DNA of 64,000 nucleotides from a virus. The stretch lies in the IMG/VR virus record IMGVR_UViG_3300045120_000462. The stretch is one strand, 5' to 3'. The notes below the pieces were generated by a model. It did no database searches. It worked only from the letters and a program-made list of their open reading frames with translations, and was not told the DNA's origin. Positions 14,608-23,899 of this stretch are shown here, in pieces (position 1 is the first letter of the stretch; each line of letters opens with the position of its first letter). The translations under genes and the position numbers were made by a program.

Positions 14608-14906
14608 AGGTCTGGCTGCACACCTACTGGGCGGGTTGGGGTCCGGTGGTCCCGTCGTCACAGTCGGTCACGACGAAGCAGCCGCGCCTGCAGCGGTCAT
14701 GGATGCGCTCGGTCAACCCGCCCTACTACAACGGCGTCGGCCTGGCGATCCGCTGTGGGCGTAACACGCTCATGTTCGGGGTCTGCTATCCGATAGGACG
14801 GTTGACTCGTCCCGACACCGACGCCGAGATCTTCGAGGCGTTGTTCAGTCGTCCTGTCGACAAGGAGCACGAAGGGCTATGGGGTTCCGAAGAGAGAAGC
14901 GCCTGA
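14604..14906 (+). CDS. hypothetical protein
   Basis: GTG 14604 overlaps stop (GTGA); frame of ORF 14400..14906. Confidence 0.5.
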   Translation: MKVWLHTYWAGWGPVVPSSQSVTTKQPRLQRSWMRSVNPPYYNGVGLAIRCGRNTLMFGVCYPIGRLTRPDTDAEIFEALFSRPVDKEHEGLWGSEERSA

Positions 14907-15142
14907 CCGACCTTCCTCTCCCCGAGGCGTTGGAGATGTCGTTCGAGCGCTCGAAGGCGATGTCCAGCACCGAGCTGGGCATCTGGATCGAGTCGACGGC
15001 GATGAACGTCGATCGGCTGCTCTCGGCGTACCGCCACGGCCCCACGATCAACATCGCCTGGGACATGCACCACCACGCCCTGCAGCTCGTCGGGATGACC
15101 CGTGCCCTCACCGAGAGCACCCAGCTACCTGCGGAGTTGTGA
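14879..15142 (+). CDS. hypothetical protein
   Basis: ORF 14879..15142; 28-nt overlap with upstream gene; alternative ATG at 14936. Confidence 0.5.
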   Translation: MGFRREKRLTDLPLPEALEMSFERSKAMSSTELGIWIESTAMNVDRLLSAYRHGPTINIAWDMHHHALQLVGMTRALTESTQLPAEL

Positions 15143-15165
15143 GTTATTCAACGAAGGCGTACGAT
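15137..15165 (+). promoter_or_regulatory. candidate promoter for a leaderless transcript
   Basis: GAGTTGTGA (TTGTGA 15137-15142), 17-nt spacer, TACGAT 15160-15165, 7 nt, ATG 15173. Confidence 0.55.
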
Positions 15166-15172
15166 CTCCATC

Positions 15173-15397
15173 ATGAACGCACCGTTGATCGCCACCCAGC
15201 TCGTCGAAGCACTCGGCAAGGTCTCCCCCGGCCTGCGCGCCACGTCGAGCGCCTCGTCCGTCCACAAGGGCCAGATCGTCGTGTTGATCGACGCCGACGA
15301 CGCACTGCGGGTGATCGACTTCATCAACGACAACACGCAGACAGTGACGACGGTTGACCCTCGCCAGGGTCAGCTCTTCGACCCCGCCGGCTACTGA
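15173..15397 (+). CDS. hypothetical protein
   Basis: ORF 15173..15397. Confidence 0.6.
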   Translation: MNAPLIATQLVEALGKVSPGLRATSSASSVHKGQIVVLIDADDALRVIDFINDNTQTVTTVDPRQGQLFDPAGY

Positions 15398-15399
15398 CG

Positions 15400-15405
15400 T
15401 AGCCT
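15400..15405 (+). promoter_or_regulatory. -10-like hexamer 6 nt upstream of the terminase start
   Basis: TAGCCT ggccgt GTG(15412); no SD. Confidence 0.35.
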
Positions 15406-15411
15406 GGCCGT

Positions 15412-16998
15412 GTGACGGCCACTGTTCGCGAGATCGCCGAGGAACCGTATGAGGAGATCTACGACGATCCCGACGACGGCGAGGAGTTCATCGAGGTAGA
15501 TCCCGAGAGCGCCGAGTTCATCCATGAGCTGACCATGCGTTGCATGGTCTTCATGGAGGCGTTGTCCGAGATCGAGATGTACCCGTACCAGAAGGATCTC
15601 GCCTACCGCACGATCCAGTCGGTACTGCTCAACGACGGCGCCGAGATCACCGCCCTGTGGGCGCGCCAGTCGGGCAAGTCGACGGCGCTCGCCGCCATCA
15701 TCGCCACGCTGATGGTGCTGCTGCCCAAGCTGGCCGCTGCCTACCCCGATCAGTTCGGTCAGTTCAAGCGTGGCTTTTGGGTCGGCGTGTTCGCCCCCAC
15801 CGAGGAACAGGCGTACACGATCTGGTCGAAGATCTACGACATCCTGTCGTGCAAGCACGGCCGCGAGATCCTCTCCGACGAGGACATCGAGGACGTGCCG
15901 CAGAAGGAAGGCTCGAAGGTCAAGGTCGTCAAGCTCGTCAACAGCCAGTCGATCTGCCGCATGCAGACGGCCAACCCGAAGGCGCAGATCGAGTCGAAGA
16001 CGTACCACTTCGTACTCCTCGACGAGAGCCAGGACTGCGACTCGGAGAAGGCCAAGAAGTCGATCTTCCCGATGCTCGCCTCGACCAACGGCACCAAGGT
16101 GTTCACCGGCACCTGTTCAAGGAAGCGCAACTTCTTCTACGACGCCATCCAGGCCAACAAGCGTCGCGCCACCCGGCGCGGTGGCCGGCAGGATCACTTC
16201 CAGTACGACTGGAAGGTCGTCGTCAAGTTCAACAACTTCTACAAGAAGTACATCGCTGGTGAGAAGGAGCGCATCGGCGAGGACTCCGACGAGTTCCGCC
16301 TGAGCTACGCCTGCCAGTGGCTGCTCGAACAAGGAATGTTCGTGACCGAGGAGAGCTTCGACTTCCTCGGCGATCCCAACATGGACATCATCCCGTGGTT
16401 CGTGATCGACAAGTGCGTCGCCGGCATCGACCCGGCGCGCACGAAGGACTCGACCGTGGTGACGGTGATGTGGGTCGACTGGAACAACCCCGACCCGTAC
16501 GGGTACTGCCAGCACCGCATCCTCAACTGGTTGGAGATCCAGAACAAGCCGTGGGAAGAGCAGTACGCCCGCATCATCGACTTCCTCTCTCACTACAACG
16601 TGGCGATCATCGGCGTGGACGGTCAGGGTCTCGGTGGGCCGATCGCCGAGCGCCTCGCCCACGAGATGCCGTGGGTCGATGTGCGCTCGCTCGGGTCCAA
16701 CCCGGCCGACCAGGAGAAGCGGTGGAAGCGGTTGAAGGCGCTGATCGAGCGCCGGATGTTCATCTACCCGGCCAGCCGGCAGTGCAAGAAGCGCCGCTCC
16801 TACAAGCGCTTCCGTCTGCAGTTCGAGGAGTTGGAGACGATCTACAGCGGCAAGTTCATGCTCGCTGCGGCGCCCGAGGTCGTGAACAGCTACGACGACT
16901 ACTGCGACTCGTCCGCATTAGCGGTGGCGGTCACCGAGGATGAGGACTTCGGCGTGATCGCTCAGATCGACTCGCCGTTCCATGGTCGACGTCGGTAA
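15412..16998 (+). CDS. terL: terminase large subunit
   Basis: 528 aa; Walker A ARQSGKST; Walker B HFVLLDESQD; C-terminal nuclease-like GIDPARTKDSTVVTV. Confidence 0.9.
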   Translation: MTATVREIAEEPYEEIYDDPDDGEEFIEVDPESAEFIHELTMRCMVFMEALSEIEMYPYQKDLAYRTIQSVLLNDGAEITALWARQSGKSTALAAIIATLMVLLPKLAAAYPDQFGQFKRGFWVGVFAPTEEQAYTIWSKIYDILSCKHGREILSDEDIEDVPQKEGSKVKVVKLVNSQSICRMQTANPKAQIESKTYHFVLLDESQDCDSEKAKKSIFPMLASTNGTKVFTGTCSRKRNFFYDAIQANKRRATRRGGRQDHFQYDWKVVVKFNNFYKKYIAGEKERIGEDSDEFRLSYACQWLLEQGMFVTEESFDFLGDPNMDIIPWFVIDKCVAGIDPARTKDSTVVTVMWVDWNNPDPYGYCQHRILNWLEIQNKPWEEQYARIIDFLSHYNVAIIGVDGQGLGGPIAERLAHEMPWVDVRSLGSNPADQEKRWKRLKALIERRMFIYPASRQCKKRRSYKRFRLQFEELETIYSGKFMLAAAPEVVNSYDDYCDSSALAVAVTEDEDFGVIAQIDSPFHGRRR

Positions 16999-17010
16999 CG
17001 GGCAGCGAAC

Positions 17011-17016
17011 TACGCT
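17011..17016 (+). promoter_or_regulatory. -10-like hexamer, leaderless architecture
   Basis: AACTACGCT gagacc ATG(17023). Confidence 0.45.
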
Positions 17017-17022
17017 GAGACC

Positions 17023-17424
17023 ATGACGATTGCACCCAATCCGTTGTACCCCGAGCGGGCCAACCAGGCGTTCGAGCTGGCCTTCGCCGCCAACCCTGCG
17101 GGCAACCGTGGGGACATGCGGTTCGAGGAGGGCATCGGCACCGACACTGACGTTCCCAACGACTTCGTTCGTGGGGCGTTCGTCGACCCGACCGCCGCTC
17201 CGGGGCGCATCAACCACAACAACCCCGAGATGGTCTACAAGCACGCCGACGAGACGATGCAGGAGCGCGCCCACGTCGGCAGCGCATCGTGGATCGAGGC
17301 GCCGGCCATGCTCTCCGACTTCGTGGCAGGAGCCAGCGCCGGCCAGACGCCGCCGCAGTTCGAGATGATCGTGGTGCCTGGCGGCTACATGTACCGGCGA
17401 GCGCCAACGGTCATCGACGACTGA
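17023..17424 (+). CDS. hypothetical protein
   Basis: ORF 17023..17424. Confidence 0.65.
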   Translation: MTIAPNPLYPERANQAFELAFAANPAGNRGDMRFEEGIGTDTDVPNDFVRGAFVDPTAAPGRINHNNPEMVYKHADETMQERAHVGSASWIEAPAMLSDFVAGASAGQTPPQFEMIVVPGGYMYRRAPTVIDD

Positions 17425-17430
17425 GCTGTC

Positions 17431-17604
17431 ATGCTCAACCCCACCCAGTTCGGTCAGTACGGCCTGAGCCAGTACATCGAGGCGCACGAGTCGGGTGGCA
17501 CCGACACCGTGTACTTGAAGGGTGAGTCGACCCCCCGCCGAGTGTGGAAGGGACACCCGACCGAGCGGCCTGAGGGCTGGGTCCAAGCAGAGCTACCGAG
17601 GTAA
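17431..17604 (+). CDS. 57-aa hypothetical protein
   Basis: MLNPTQFGQYGLSQYIEAHESGG...; fills the gap between flanking genes; high GC3. Confidence 0.5.
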   Translation: MLNPTQFGQYGLSQYIEAHESGGTDTVYLKGESTPRRVWKGHPTERPEGWVQAELPR

Positions 17605-17607
17605 CAC

Positions 17608-18192
17608 GTGGCCCGTTCATACAAGTCAGCACTGCCGACATGGTCGACGTACACGCCTCACGTTGCTCCGATCGGCGGCATCCAGCCGGCGATGAACCAA
17701 GAGGTGCTGTGGCGTAACCGTGCTCGGCAGTGGACGCCGCCGTCGACCGCCGGCCAGTACCAGCGGTTCGCTGCCGAGGCTGCCAGCATGGTTCGAGGGA
17801 CCGGGTCGGCCGGTGCTGTCGCCGGGTTCCTGACTCACCGGCCGCTCTTCAACGCTGCGCTCGGAGCGATTCAACAGCGCGGCGCCAACAGGCGGCAGTT
17901 GGCGCAGCAGACGCAGCAGGCGATCAACCAACAGCAGGTGGTTCAGCAAGCGACCGGTCAGCCGCAGCAGCCGCAGCAGCCGGCCGGCGCGCAAGCTCCC
18001 CGCTCTGCTCCCCCGACGGTCAGCCCGACTGCGGTAGCAACTCGACAGGCGGCGCAGAGCAAGATCAGCATCCTCGCCGGCCAGGCTGTTGCATCGCCCA
18101 AGGCTGGACAGTCGACCGGACCAGCGAGCCTGATCACCGATGAGTGGCGCGATCGGTTGAACCAGAGCTTCACTCCCATCACCAACCCGTAA
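17608..18192 (+). CDS. hypothetical Gln-rich protein
   Basis: ORF 17608..18192; QQTQQAINQQQVVQQATGQPQQPQQP. Confidence 0.65.
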   Translation: MARSYKSALPTWSTYTPHVAPIGGIQPAMNQEVLWRNRARQWTPPSTAGQYQRFAAEAASMVRGTGSAGAVAGFLTHRPLFNAALGAIQQRGANRRQLAQQTQQAINQQQVVQQATGQPQQPQQPAGAQAPRSAPPTVSPTAVATRQAAQSKISILAGQAVASPKAGQSTGPASLITDEWRDRLNQSFTPITNP

Positions 18193-18202
18193 GGAAGAGA
18201 CC

Positions 18203-18361
18203 ATGGCAGAGCAGCAGGATTACACCGGGCAGTTGGCTCCTGGGCCGGAGGCAGCGGGCGCTCCCATCGATGAGCCGTACCAGGGCTTCGCGCCCTTCAT
18301 GCACGTCGGCTACTCGATGAACGCAGCGTTCGCCGAGGGCGTGCAGGCCGGCCGCTACTGA
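18203..18361 (+). CDS. 52-aa hypothetical protein
   Basis: AAGGAAGAG SD; MAEQQDYTGQLAPG... Confidence 0.5.
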   Translation: MAEQQDYTGQLAPGPEAAGAPIDEPYQGFAPFMHVGYSMNAAFAEGVQAGRY

Positions 18362-18363
18362 CC

Positions 18364-18744
18364 ATGCCTGAGCCGGTCCCACCCGGCCACATGCGGATGA
18401 AGCGCGGCGACATACGCAAGGTCGCCAACTCACCGCACTGGGATCGCAAGGCCCAGGAAGGCAAAGAGGTGATGGACCCGGGCTTCCCGGCCCAGCACAC
18501 ATGGTCGACAGCGAGAGACCTGATCCAAGGGGACGGCTTCTTTCACCAGGGGCAGTCCTGGGTGGTCAAGGATCTTCGTGATCACAACCTCGGACGCACT
18601 GTCGTGGTCGAGCCGCGCAAGGGGATGGTCGGGCGCACAGTGATGAGCCAGATGCAGTTCGGGACGCCGGGGATCACGATGGAGGACACCGACGAGCGCG
18701 CCTTCACGTTCCATCCCGACGAGATGATCGCCCGCCGCGGATAG
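18364..18744 (+). CDS. hypothetical protein
   Basis: ORF 18364..18744. Confidence 0.65.
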   Translation: MPEPVPPGHMRMKRGDIRKVANSPHWDRKAQEGKEVMDPGFPAQHTWSTARDLIQGDGFFHQGQSWVVKDLRDHNLGRTVVVEPRKGMVGRTVMSQMQFGTPGITMEDTDERAFTFHPDEMIARRG

Positions 18745-18768
18745 CCCCGGCCCTTCCAGGCCGTCGCT

Positions 18769-18774
18769 TACGCT
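18769..18774 (+). promoter_or_regulatory. -10-like hexamer
   Basis: CTTACGCT ggg GTG(18778) GTG(18781); the 6-nt spacing favours 18781 as the start. Confidence 0.35.
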
Positions 18775-18777
18775 GGG

Positions 18778-19260
18778 GTGGTGGACACCAACTGGCGAAT
18801 CAGCGTCGTCCGTAGCGTTGTTGCTCCGCTCATCATCGGGGTGGGCGTGTTGATGTTGATTCGTCTCGGTGGCGGCTCTCCCTTGTCCTCCATTGCGGGA
18901 GTCGCCACCATCTTCGCGATCGCCGTGGCGTGGTACATCGGCGCCCGTCTGGCCCAGCGCTCTCATCCGCAGCTCGGCTTCCTCCTCGGGGTATCGGTTC
19001 GACCTCGGTATGGAGAGGACGGTGAGAGCGAGCTAGCGCCGTCCCTGCGACGCACGCTCGTGCCGCTCGCCGTCGCCACGGCGGTCGGTTGCTTGGTTGG
19101 GGCGTTCATCGGGGGCGTCACGCCTGCACTGACCGTCGTGGCGACGGCACTTGCCTACTACGGGATCCTTCGCGCCGTCGAGGAACGTTCGGCGCCCGAC
19201 TCGACAGCTCGCAATGTCACCGGGCTGCTGCTCGGTGGGCGCGCCGTTCTGTACTACTGA
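18778..19260 (+). CDS. multi-pass membrane protein
   Basis: ORF 18778..19260; about 4 hydrophobic helices. Confidence 0.65.
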   Translation: MVDTNWRISVVRSVVAPLIIGVGVLMLIRLGGGSPLSSIAGVATIFAIAVAWYIGARLAQRSHPQLGFLLGVSVRPRYGEDGESELAPSLRRTLVPLAVATAVGCLVGAFIGGVTPALTVVATALAYYGILRAVEERSAPDSTARNVTGLLLGGRAVLYY

Positions 19261-19270
19261 GGAGCGTGGG

Positions 19271-20644
19271 GTGCCCAAGGAAGTCCGCCAGTACGGCAAG
19301 AAGGCACTGACGAAGCAGGCCGGCACGGGGTTGGAGGGGACCGCCACCAACTACACGCCCGAGCACATGGAGTCTCCCGATGTGCAGCGGACGATGGGCG
19401 AGATGCACGCTCGCCGGCTGTCGTTCGAGAACTCCCCCGGCAGTACTCGAATGCACTCACCGCTGCGCGGTGTCGGTGATCTCGACGTTGCGTACGAGAG
19501 CCGTGGCTGGCACGACATCGAGCGTCAGCACGGCGCCGCCGGCCCCTCGATGGGTGATTACAAGGAGCTGGCCGAGTCAGGCCACAACCCGTTCCCACAG
19601 CCGACCCGCTTCGAGGATCTGCCCGATGAAGAGCAGGCCCGCGCCCACGCTGGCTTGAAGGCGCACGGCACGTCGTACCGGCGCCTCGTCAACGACCTCG
19701 GGCGGGGACTAGACCGCGCCTACTCACGATCCAGTGAGATGGGCGGGATCCCGGTTGCCTCGAACTTCTACGAGCCGGAGGGTTTCCCTCGCCTGGTGAT
19801 CGCCCATCACATGCCCGAGGCGCCGGCCGAGCATGCTGCTGCGGCGATCGCCATGACGTCACCGAAGAACAAGTTCCTCCACGTGACGAACAAGGGTGCC
19901 GTGAACATGCCCAACATCAACTCCGCTGTGGCAGCGGGGTCGATCGCAACCAGTGGGCGCTACACGACGTCGGACCAGTTCAAGAAGATCCCCGGGCCGG
20001 AACTCAACAAGATCGGGCGCACGGTCAGTGGTGGTGGTGTCGGTCTCCACGGCAACGTGCGCAAGGCCGGCTACGCACTGCACCAGGGAGCCGAGGGCGG
20101 CGACATCTCCGAGTGGCGTGGCTTCCCGACGAAGGCCGCTCCGGCGGGCAGTAAGAAGGGTGGCGAACTCGGCGGCAGCCTCATCTTCGGAGGGTCGCCG
20201 AAGGCATCACCGTTTGCTTCATCGTTCATCGACGAGGCAGCGCCGTTCCATGTCACCGACGTGCACATGGCGTCGTTGGCGTTCCCGCACCTCTCGTCGA
20301 TCAAGGGTTCGGGCAAGAACATCAACCCGAGCGGCGCCAGTACCGGCACCAAGACCGAGCGCGAGCTGGCCGTCGAGCGTGTCCCCCACGCCCACGCCAT
20401 CATCGACCACGCCATGCGTACCGCCATGGGTGAGCGTGGCTTGAACAAGATCCGCTTCCAGCAGGGCGCCGCCTGGGGCGAGGAGCAGATCCACCGCACG
20501 ATCATGCCCGAGCCTGGTGGTCGGCGACTCGGGTTCCGTCCCGACACCGTCTACCAGTGGCAGGCAGCGACCATGCCGCACACGAACCTGAACTTCCGGG
20601 CACGTACCAAGGCGGGTGTTGGCACCCTCCACTTGCCAGACTAG
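19271..20644 (+). CDS. hypothetical protein (457 aa)
   Basis: GTG 19271 after GAGGAG; frame of ORF 19151..20644; no motif recognised. Confidence 0.65.
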   Translation: MPKEVRQYGKKALTKQAGTGLEGTATNYTPEHMESPDVQRTMGEMHARRLSFENSPGSTRMHSPLRGVGDLDVAYESRGWHDIERQHGAAGPSMGDYKELAESGHNPFPQPTRFEDLPDEEQARAHAGLKAHGTSYRRLVNDLGRGLDRAYSRSSEMGGIPVASNFYEPEGFPRLVIAHHMPEAPAEHAAAAIAMTSPKNKFLHVTNKGAVNMPNINSAVAAGSIATSGRYTTSDQFKKIPGPELNKIGRTVSGGGVGLHGNVRKAGYALHQGAEGGDISEWRGFPTKAAPAGSKKGGELGGSLIFGGSPKASPFASSFIDEAAPFHVTDVHMASLAFPHLSSIKGSGKNINPSGASTGTKTERELAVERVPHAHAIIDHAMRTAMGERGLNKIRFQQGAAWGEEQIHRTIMPEPGGRRLGFRPDTVYQWQAATMPHTNLNFRARTKAGVGTLHLPD

Positions 20645-20647
20645 AGT
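20642..20647 (+). promoter_or_regulatory. -10-like hexamer overlapping the upstream stop
   Basis: TAGAGT tatgac ATG(20654). Confidence 0.4.
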
Positions 20648-20653
20648 TATGAC

Positions 20654-20971
20654 ATGACATTGAATGACTCTGATCAGCCCCAGGACGACGTGTACTGGAA
20701 GCTCTCGTACAACATCAACCTGCCGCGCCCCAAGGTCAAGGTGCACCGGGTGGAGTGGGACGAGACGCAGGGCGTGCTGTTCGTCTACGTCTCGACGAGC
20801 AAGAACAAGCACCCCCGCGACGAGTACATCGACGGGATCCCGTTGTACGCCCCCGACGAGGACGGTGTCGACGTGCTCGTGGGCATGAACCCGGTGGCGC
20901 TCGGCGACCCGCCGCAGACGTTGGTCAAGGGGTGGCACCTCGACATGACTGAACGACTACTCGGGAGCTAG
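20654..20971 (+). CDS. hypothetical protein
   Basis: ORF 20654..20971. Confidence 0.65.
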   Translation: MTLNDSDQPQDDVYWKLSYNINLPRPKVKVHRVEWDETQGVLFVYVSTSKNKHPRDEYIDGIPLYAPDEDGVDVLVGMNPVALGDPPQTLVKGWHLDMTERLLGS

Positions 20972-20974
20972 CTG

Positions 20975-21535
20975 ATGACCACTCAGGATTCGTTGAGCCG
21001 GGAGCAGATGGGGCACCTGTTGGCCAACAAGCCTGAGGGGTTCAGCGTTCGTGCCTTTGCCCCCGATGTAGGCGAGAACGCCCATCACGGCTACATGGTC
21101 GCCATCGAGGGCCACGGTCAGGACTACCACCCTTCGGCTTCGGTGGACGAGGGGATGGACTTCGTTGCCAGGCGAGAAGAGGCGTTGCGCAAGCCCGAGC
21201 ACTACTTCGGTGGGTATCAGGGGTCCGACCCCGAGCGGACGGCTCTCGATGTCGCTCGCAAGCACCCCGACACGTTCTCTGGTCACGTTGCCGCCGGCAC
21301 TCAGGCGATGAGACTCAACCAGGAGGCGTACGGGCTACTTGGCGAACCAGACGACTACACCGACATGCCCAACCCCTACTACGAGTCAGGGGCTGGGCAT
21401 CATGCGCGGACGGTGAACATGGAGCAGATGGGGACGGCGATCCATCTCGCCGGCAAGCATCACCCCGGTGGGGGGATCGACTCGCCGGTTCCGTCTCGAT
21501 CAGCAGAGCTAGATCCGCCATCGAGGTTGCGGTGA
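20975..21535 (+). CDS. hypothetical protein
   Basis: ORF 20975..21535; 3' end overlaps the convergent gene by 76 nt. Confidence 0.6.
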   Translation: MTTQDSLSREQMGHLLANKPEGFSVRAFAPDVGENAHHGYMVAIEGHGQDYHPSASVDEGMDFVARREEALRKPEHYFGGYQGSDPERTALDVARKHPDTFSGHVAAGTQAMRLNQEAYGLLGEPDDYTDMPNPYYESGAGHHARTVNMEQMGTAIHLAGKHHPGGGIDSPVPSRSAELDPPSRLR

Positions 21536-21834
21536 TCAGCGCAGACCCAGCCCTCATCCTCCACGGCGACCGACGTCTTGCCACAGACGTGGCAGGGGTG
21601 GTTGGTCGTGAACTGCTTCGACCAGTCAGACAGCCCGCGTTCGTTGCGGACGCCCATGGCGGTGGAGAGCACCTTGCCGGCCGACCAGCGGCCGAAGTCA
21701 GTCGACTGGGTGAGCATCACCTGCTGGTAGTAGGCGATCTGCTCGATCAGCTCGTGGTCGGTGAGCGCCCGCAGCATCTCGGGGAGCGAGCCGGAACCAC
21801 TGAGGTGGTCTGTGGGCGTGATCGTCTTGTTCAT
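21460..21834 (-). CDS. hypothetical protein on the opposite strand (CHVC motif)
   Basis: ORF 21460..21852(-); ATG 21834 (MNKTITPT..) or 21852; palindrome in its upstream region. Confidence 0.55.
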   Translation of the reverse strand: MNKTITPTDHLSGSGSLPEMLRALTDHELIEQIAYYQQVMLTQSTDFGRWSAGKVLSTAMGVRNERGLSDWSKQFTTNHPCHVCGKTSVAVEDEGWVCADHRNLDGGSSSADRDGTGESIPPPG

Positions 21835-21838
21835 GACG

Positions 21839-21865
21839 TAGTCACGATACATCGTGTCGTGACTA
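21839..21865. promoter_or_regulatory. perfect 9-bp inverted repeat, candidate operator
   Basis: TAGTCACGA tacatcgtg TCGTGACTA, in the 53-bp gap between divergent genes 21834(-) and 21888(+). Confidence 0.5.
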
Positions 21866-21887
21866 CCAGCAACCGGAGGGGCCAGCG

Positions 21888-22142
21888 ATGATCAGCGGTC
21901 AGAACATCCGTCACGTCGGACCTCATCCCGAGCTGGCCTACATCGCCGAGGACACAGCGATGACCCCGGGGCAGCATGCCCTCGCCCAGGCGGCTCGGGG
22001 CCGGCCGCTTACCAGTGACGCGATCGGGGAAACAACAGGTTCCGACTACAGCGCTTCCGTAGCTCGTGCTCGGGCCAACGTTGTCTTCGAGGGACAGGAA
22101 CGTCGAGAGGGCGCCAGTCGTGCTCACGACAAACGCTCGTAA
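21888..22142 (+). CDS. hypothetical protein
   Basis: ORF 21888..22142; GGAGGGG SD. Confidence 0.5.
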   Translation: MISGQNIRHVGPHPELAYIAEDTAMTPGQHALAQAARGRPLTSDAIGETTGSDYSASVARARANVVFEGQERREGASRAHDKRS

Positions 22143-22156
22143 CAGAGGAGAACAAC

Positions 22157-22357
22157 ATGCACAGCCTGATGCTCGCCGTCGATGACGGCCTCATCTCCGG
22201 CAACGCCAACTTCGCAGACATCTGCTTCATCATCGCCATCGTGGCGGCGGTGCTGTCGGCGGTCGGCCAGTTCGGCGCCAACCAACTCACCAAGCACGCC
22301 GGCTGGCTTCTCGCCACCGCCGTCGCCTTCGTCGCTCTCGGGTGGTTGGTGCTTTGA
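22157..22357 (+). CDS. small two-helix membrane protein
   Basis: ORF 22157..22357; AGAGGAG SD; hydrophobic segments. Confidence 0.65.
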   Translation: MHSLMLAVDDGLISGNANFADICFIIAIVAAVLSAVGQFGANQLTKHAGWLLATAVAFVALGWLVL

Positions 22358-22359
22358 CG

Positions 22360-22365
22360 TACCGT
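22360..22365 (+). promoter_or_regulatory. -10-like hexamer within a repeated 12-mer
   Basis: GTACCGTTGAGG 22359-22370 is identical to 30757-30768; followed by an SD-led gene at 22395. Confidence 0.35.
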
Positions 22366-22394
22366 TGAGGCGAACACTCACAAGGAGAACTGCC

Positions 22395-22541
22395 ATGACC
22401 GAACCCACTCCCGAAACGACCGAGGACGCCAGCCGCCGCGAGCAGGCCAAGGCCCAACTCGGCGAGGCCGTCGAAGGCTTGAAGGCCGAGCTGGCCACCC
22501 GGCTCGACCAGTTCCTCGACGAGGTCGGCGCTCTCATCTGA
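22395..22541 (+). CDS. 48-aa coiled-coil protein
   Basis: AAGGAG SD; MTEPTPETTEDASRREQAKAQLGEAVEGLK... Confidence 0.5.
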   Translation: MTEPTPETTEDASRREQAKAQLGEAVEGLKAELATRLDQFLDEVGALI

Positions 22542-22542
22542 C

Positions 22543-23322
22543 GTGGCCGCACGACAGCAACGTCTCCCGGGGGTCGACTGGCACGAGGGTGACCTTCGAC
22601 GAGAGGAGTCCCTGGCTCAGGGCGCCAAGGCGTACGCCCGCGGCCAAGGACTCCCCTACCGCCCCGGGAACATTGCTGCCGTGCGCGCTGACCCCAGCGT
22701 CATGCACGCTGTCGGTGGGATCGTGCAATCCCAGCAGGGCGCCCCTCCGCACATGTCCGAGCAGTTGGCCGGCTCGTATGCCGCACTGCACGAGGGGATC
22801 AACCGTCAGTACGCACACCTCACCTCGCCGGTCGAGGAAGGTGGCCTCGGCATCACCCACGAGGTCTCTGCCGAAGACCCGTATGCCAACATCGGAGAGG
22901 CGATGGCCGACGTGCGACAGAATCGCCGTCTGCGCACGTTGGCCACCGCCGTAACGCAGTCAGGTGAGGGGCGCGAGGGATCTCCCGCCTACGCCAACCC
23001 GATGATGCCGCCCGAGATGAACGACAAGTTCCGGGCCGTGCACGACGCCTTCGGCCACCTGGCCACCGGGCGCAGCTTCGATCGTCACGGTGAGGCGGCG
23101 TCGTTCCAACACCACGCAGCGATGTTCCCGCCCGAAGCTCACGCCGCTATGGCCTCCGAGCTGCGAGCGCAGAACTCGGCGTTGATCCGCATGGGCAACT
23201 TCCCCGAGAACAAGCCCTACGACCTGCCGGCGTGGGCGTCACAGGTCAAGGCCACGCTGCCCGGCGTCAAGCGCGTCAGGATGTCGCCGGCACCGACGCT
23301 GTTCGACCAGGAGGACGCATGA
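22543..23322 (+). CDS. hypothetical protein
   Basis: ORF 22543..23322, GTG start. Confidence 0.65.
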   Translation: MAARQQRLPGVDWHEGDLRREESLAQGAKAYARGQGLPYRPGNIAAVRADPSVMHAVGGIVQSQQGAPPHMSEQLAGSYAALHEGINRQYAHLTSPVEEGGLGITHEVSAEDPYANIGEAMADVRQNRRLRTLATAVTQSGEGREGSPAYANPMMPPEMNDKFRAVHDAFGHLATGRSFDRHGEAASFQHHAAMFPPEAHAAMASELRAQNSALIRMGNFPENKPYDLPAWASQVKATLPGVKRVRMSPAPTLFDQEDA

Positions 23323-23498
23323 CCATCCGTGGCCGACACCCGATGCACGCCAACGATCCACCGAAGCAGCCGAGCAAAGAGGTCGAGTTGTACACCGACC
23401 CGTACACGTGGAGTGAGGAACGGCTCGATGAGTGGGCGGCAAGCGAGCCGGTGACCAAGGCTGCTGCATGGTTGCGAGACCACAACGGCCCGTTCTAG
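23319..23498 (+). CDS. hypothetical protein
   Basis: ATG 23319 overlaps stop (ATGA); frame of ORF 23232..23498. Confidence 0.55.
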   Translation: MTIRGRHPMHANDPPKQPSKEVELYTDPYTWSEERLDEWAASEPVTKAAAWLRDHNGPF

Positions 23499-23507
23499 GG
23501 AGAGACC

Positions 23508-23681
23508 ATGGCGATCAGAGGTAAGAGCAACAAGAGGACGCCGCAGATCGGCGAGGAGTGGAACGACCCTCGTGTCGACGAGTACGGCGACCCCGGTGAC
23601 GAAGGGTTCGAGAAGCAGCTCTGGCGGGCCACCGCCAAGCCGCCACCCGGCCCCGTCAACCCCGTCAAGGATTGGGACTAG
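23508..23681 (+). CDS. 57-aa hypothetical protein (MAIRG N-terminus)
   Basis: GGGAGAG SD; MAIRGKSNKRTPQIGEEW... Confidence 0.5.
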   Translation: MAIRGKSNKRTPQIGEEWNDPRVDEYGDPGDEGFEKQLWRATAKPPPGPVNPVKDWD

Positions 23682-23683
23682 CA

Positions 23684-23899
23684 ATGGCCATCAGAGGACG
23701 AGTCCCACGCTTCGGTGTCGGTGACACCGTGCACGTGCCGAGTGTCGGCCCGGTCACCGTCAACAAGATGGGCAAGCGCTACTTCTCGGGCACGAACCGA
23801 GACACGGGCGACGCTGTCGGCGACACCGGCATCGAGTTGGCCGCTGGCCAGACGATGAAGGGCACCAATCCGTGGAAGGTCGAGAAGGGAGCTGAGTGA
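23684..23899 (+). CDS. hypothetical protein (MAIRG N-terminus)
   Basis: Frame of ORF 23672..23899; ATG 23684; MAIRGRVPRFGVGDTV... Confidence 0.55.
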   Translation: MAIRGRVPRFGVGDTVHVPSVGPVTVNKMGKRYFSGTNRDTGDAVGDTGIELAAGQTMKGTNPWKVEKGAE

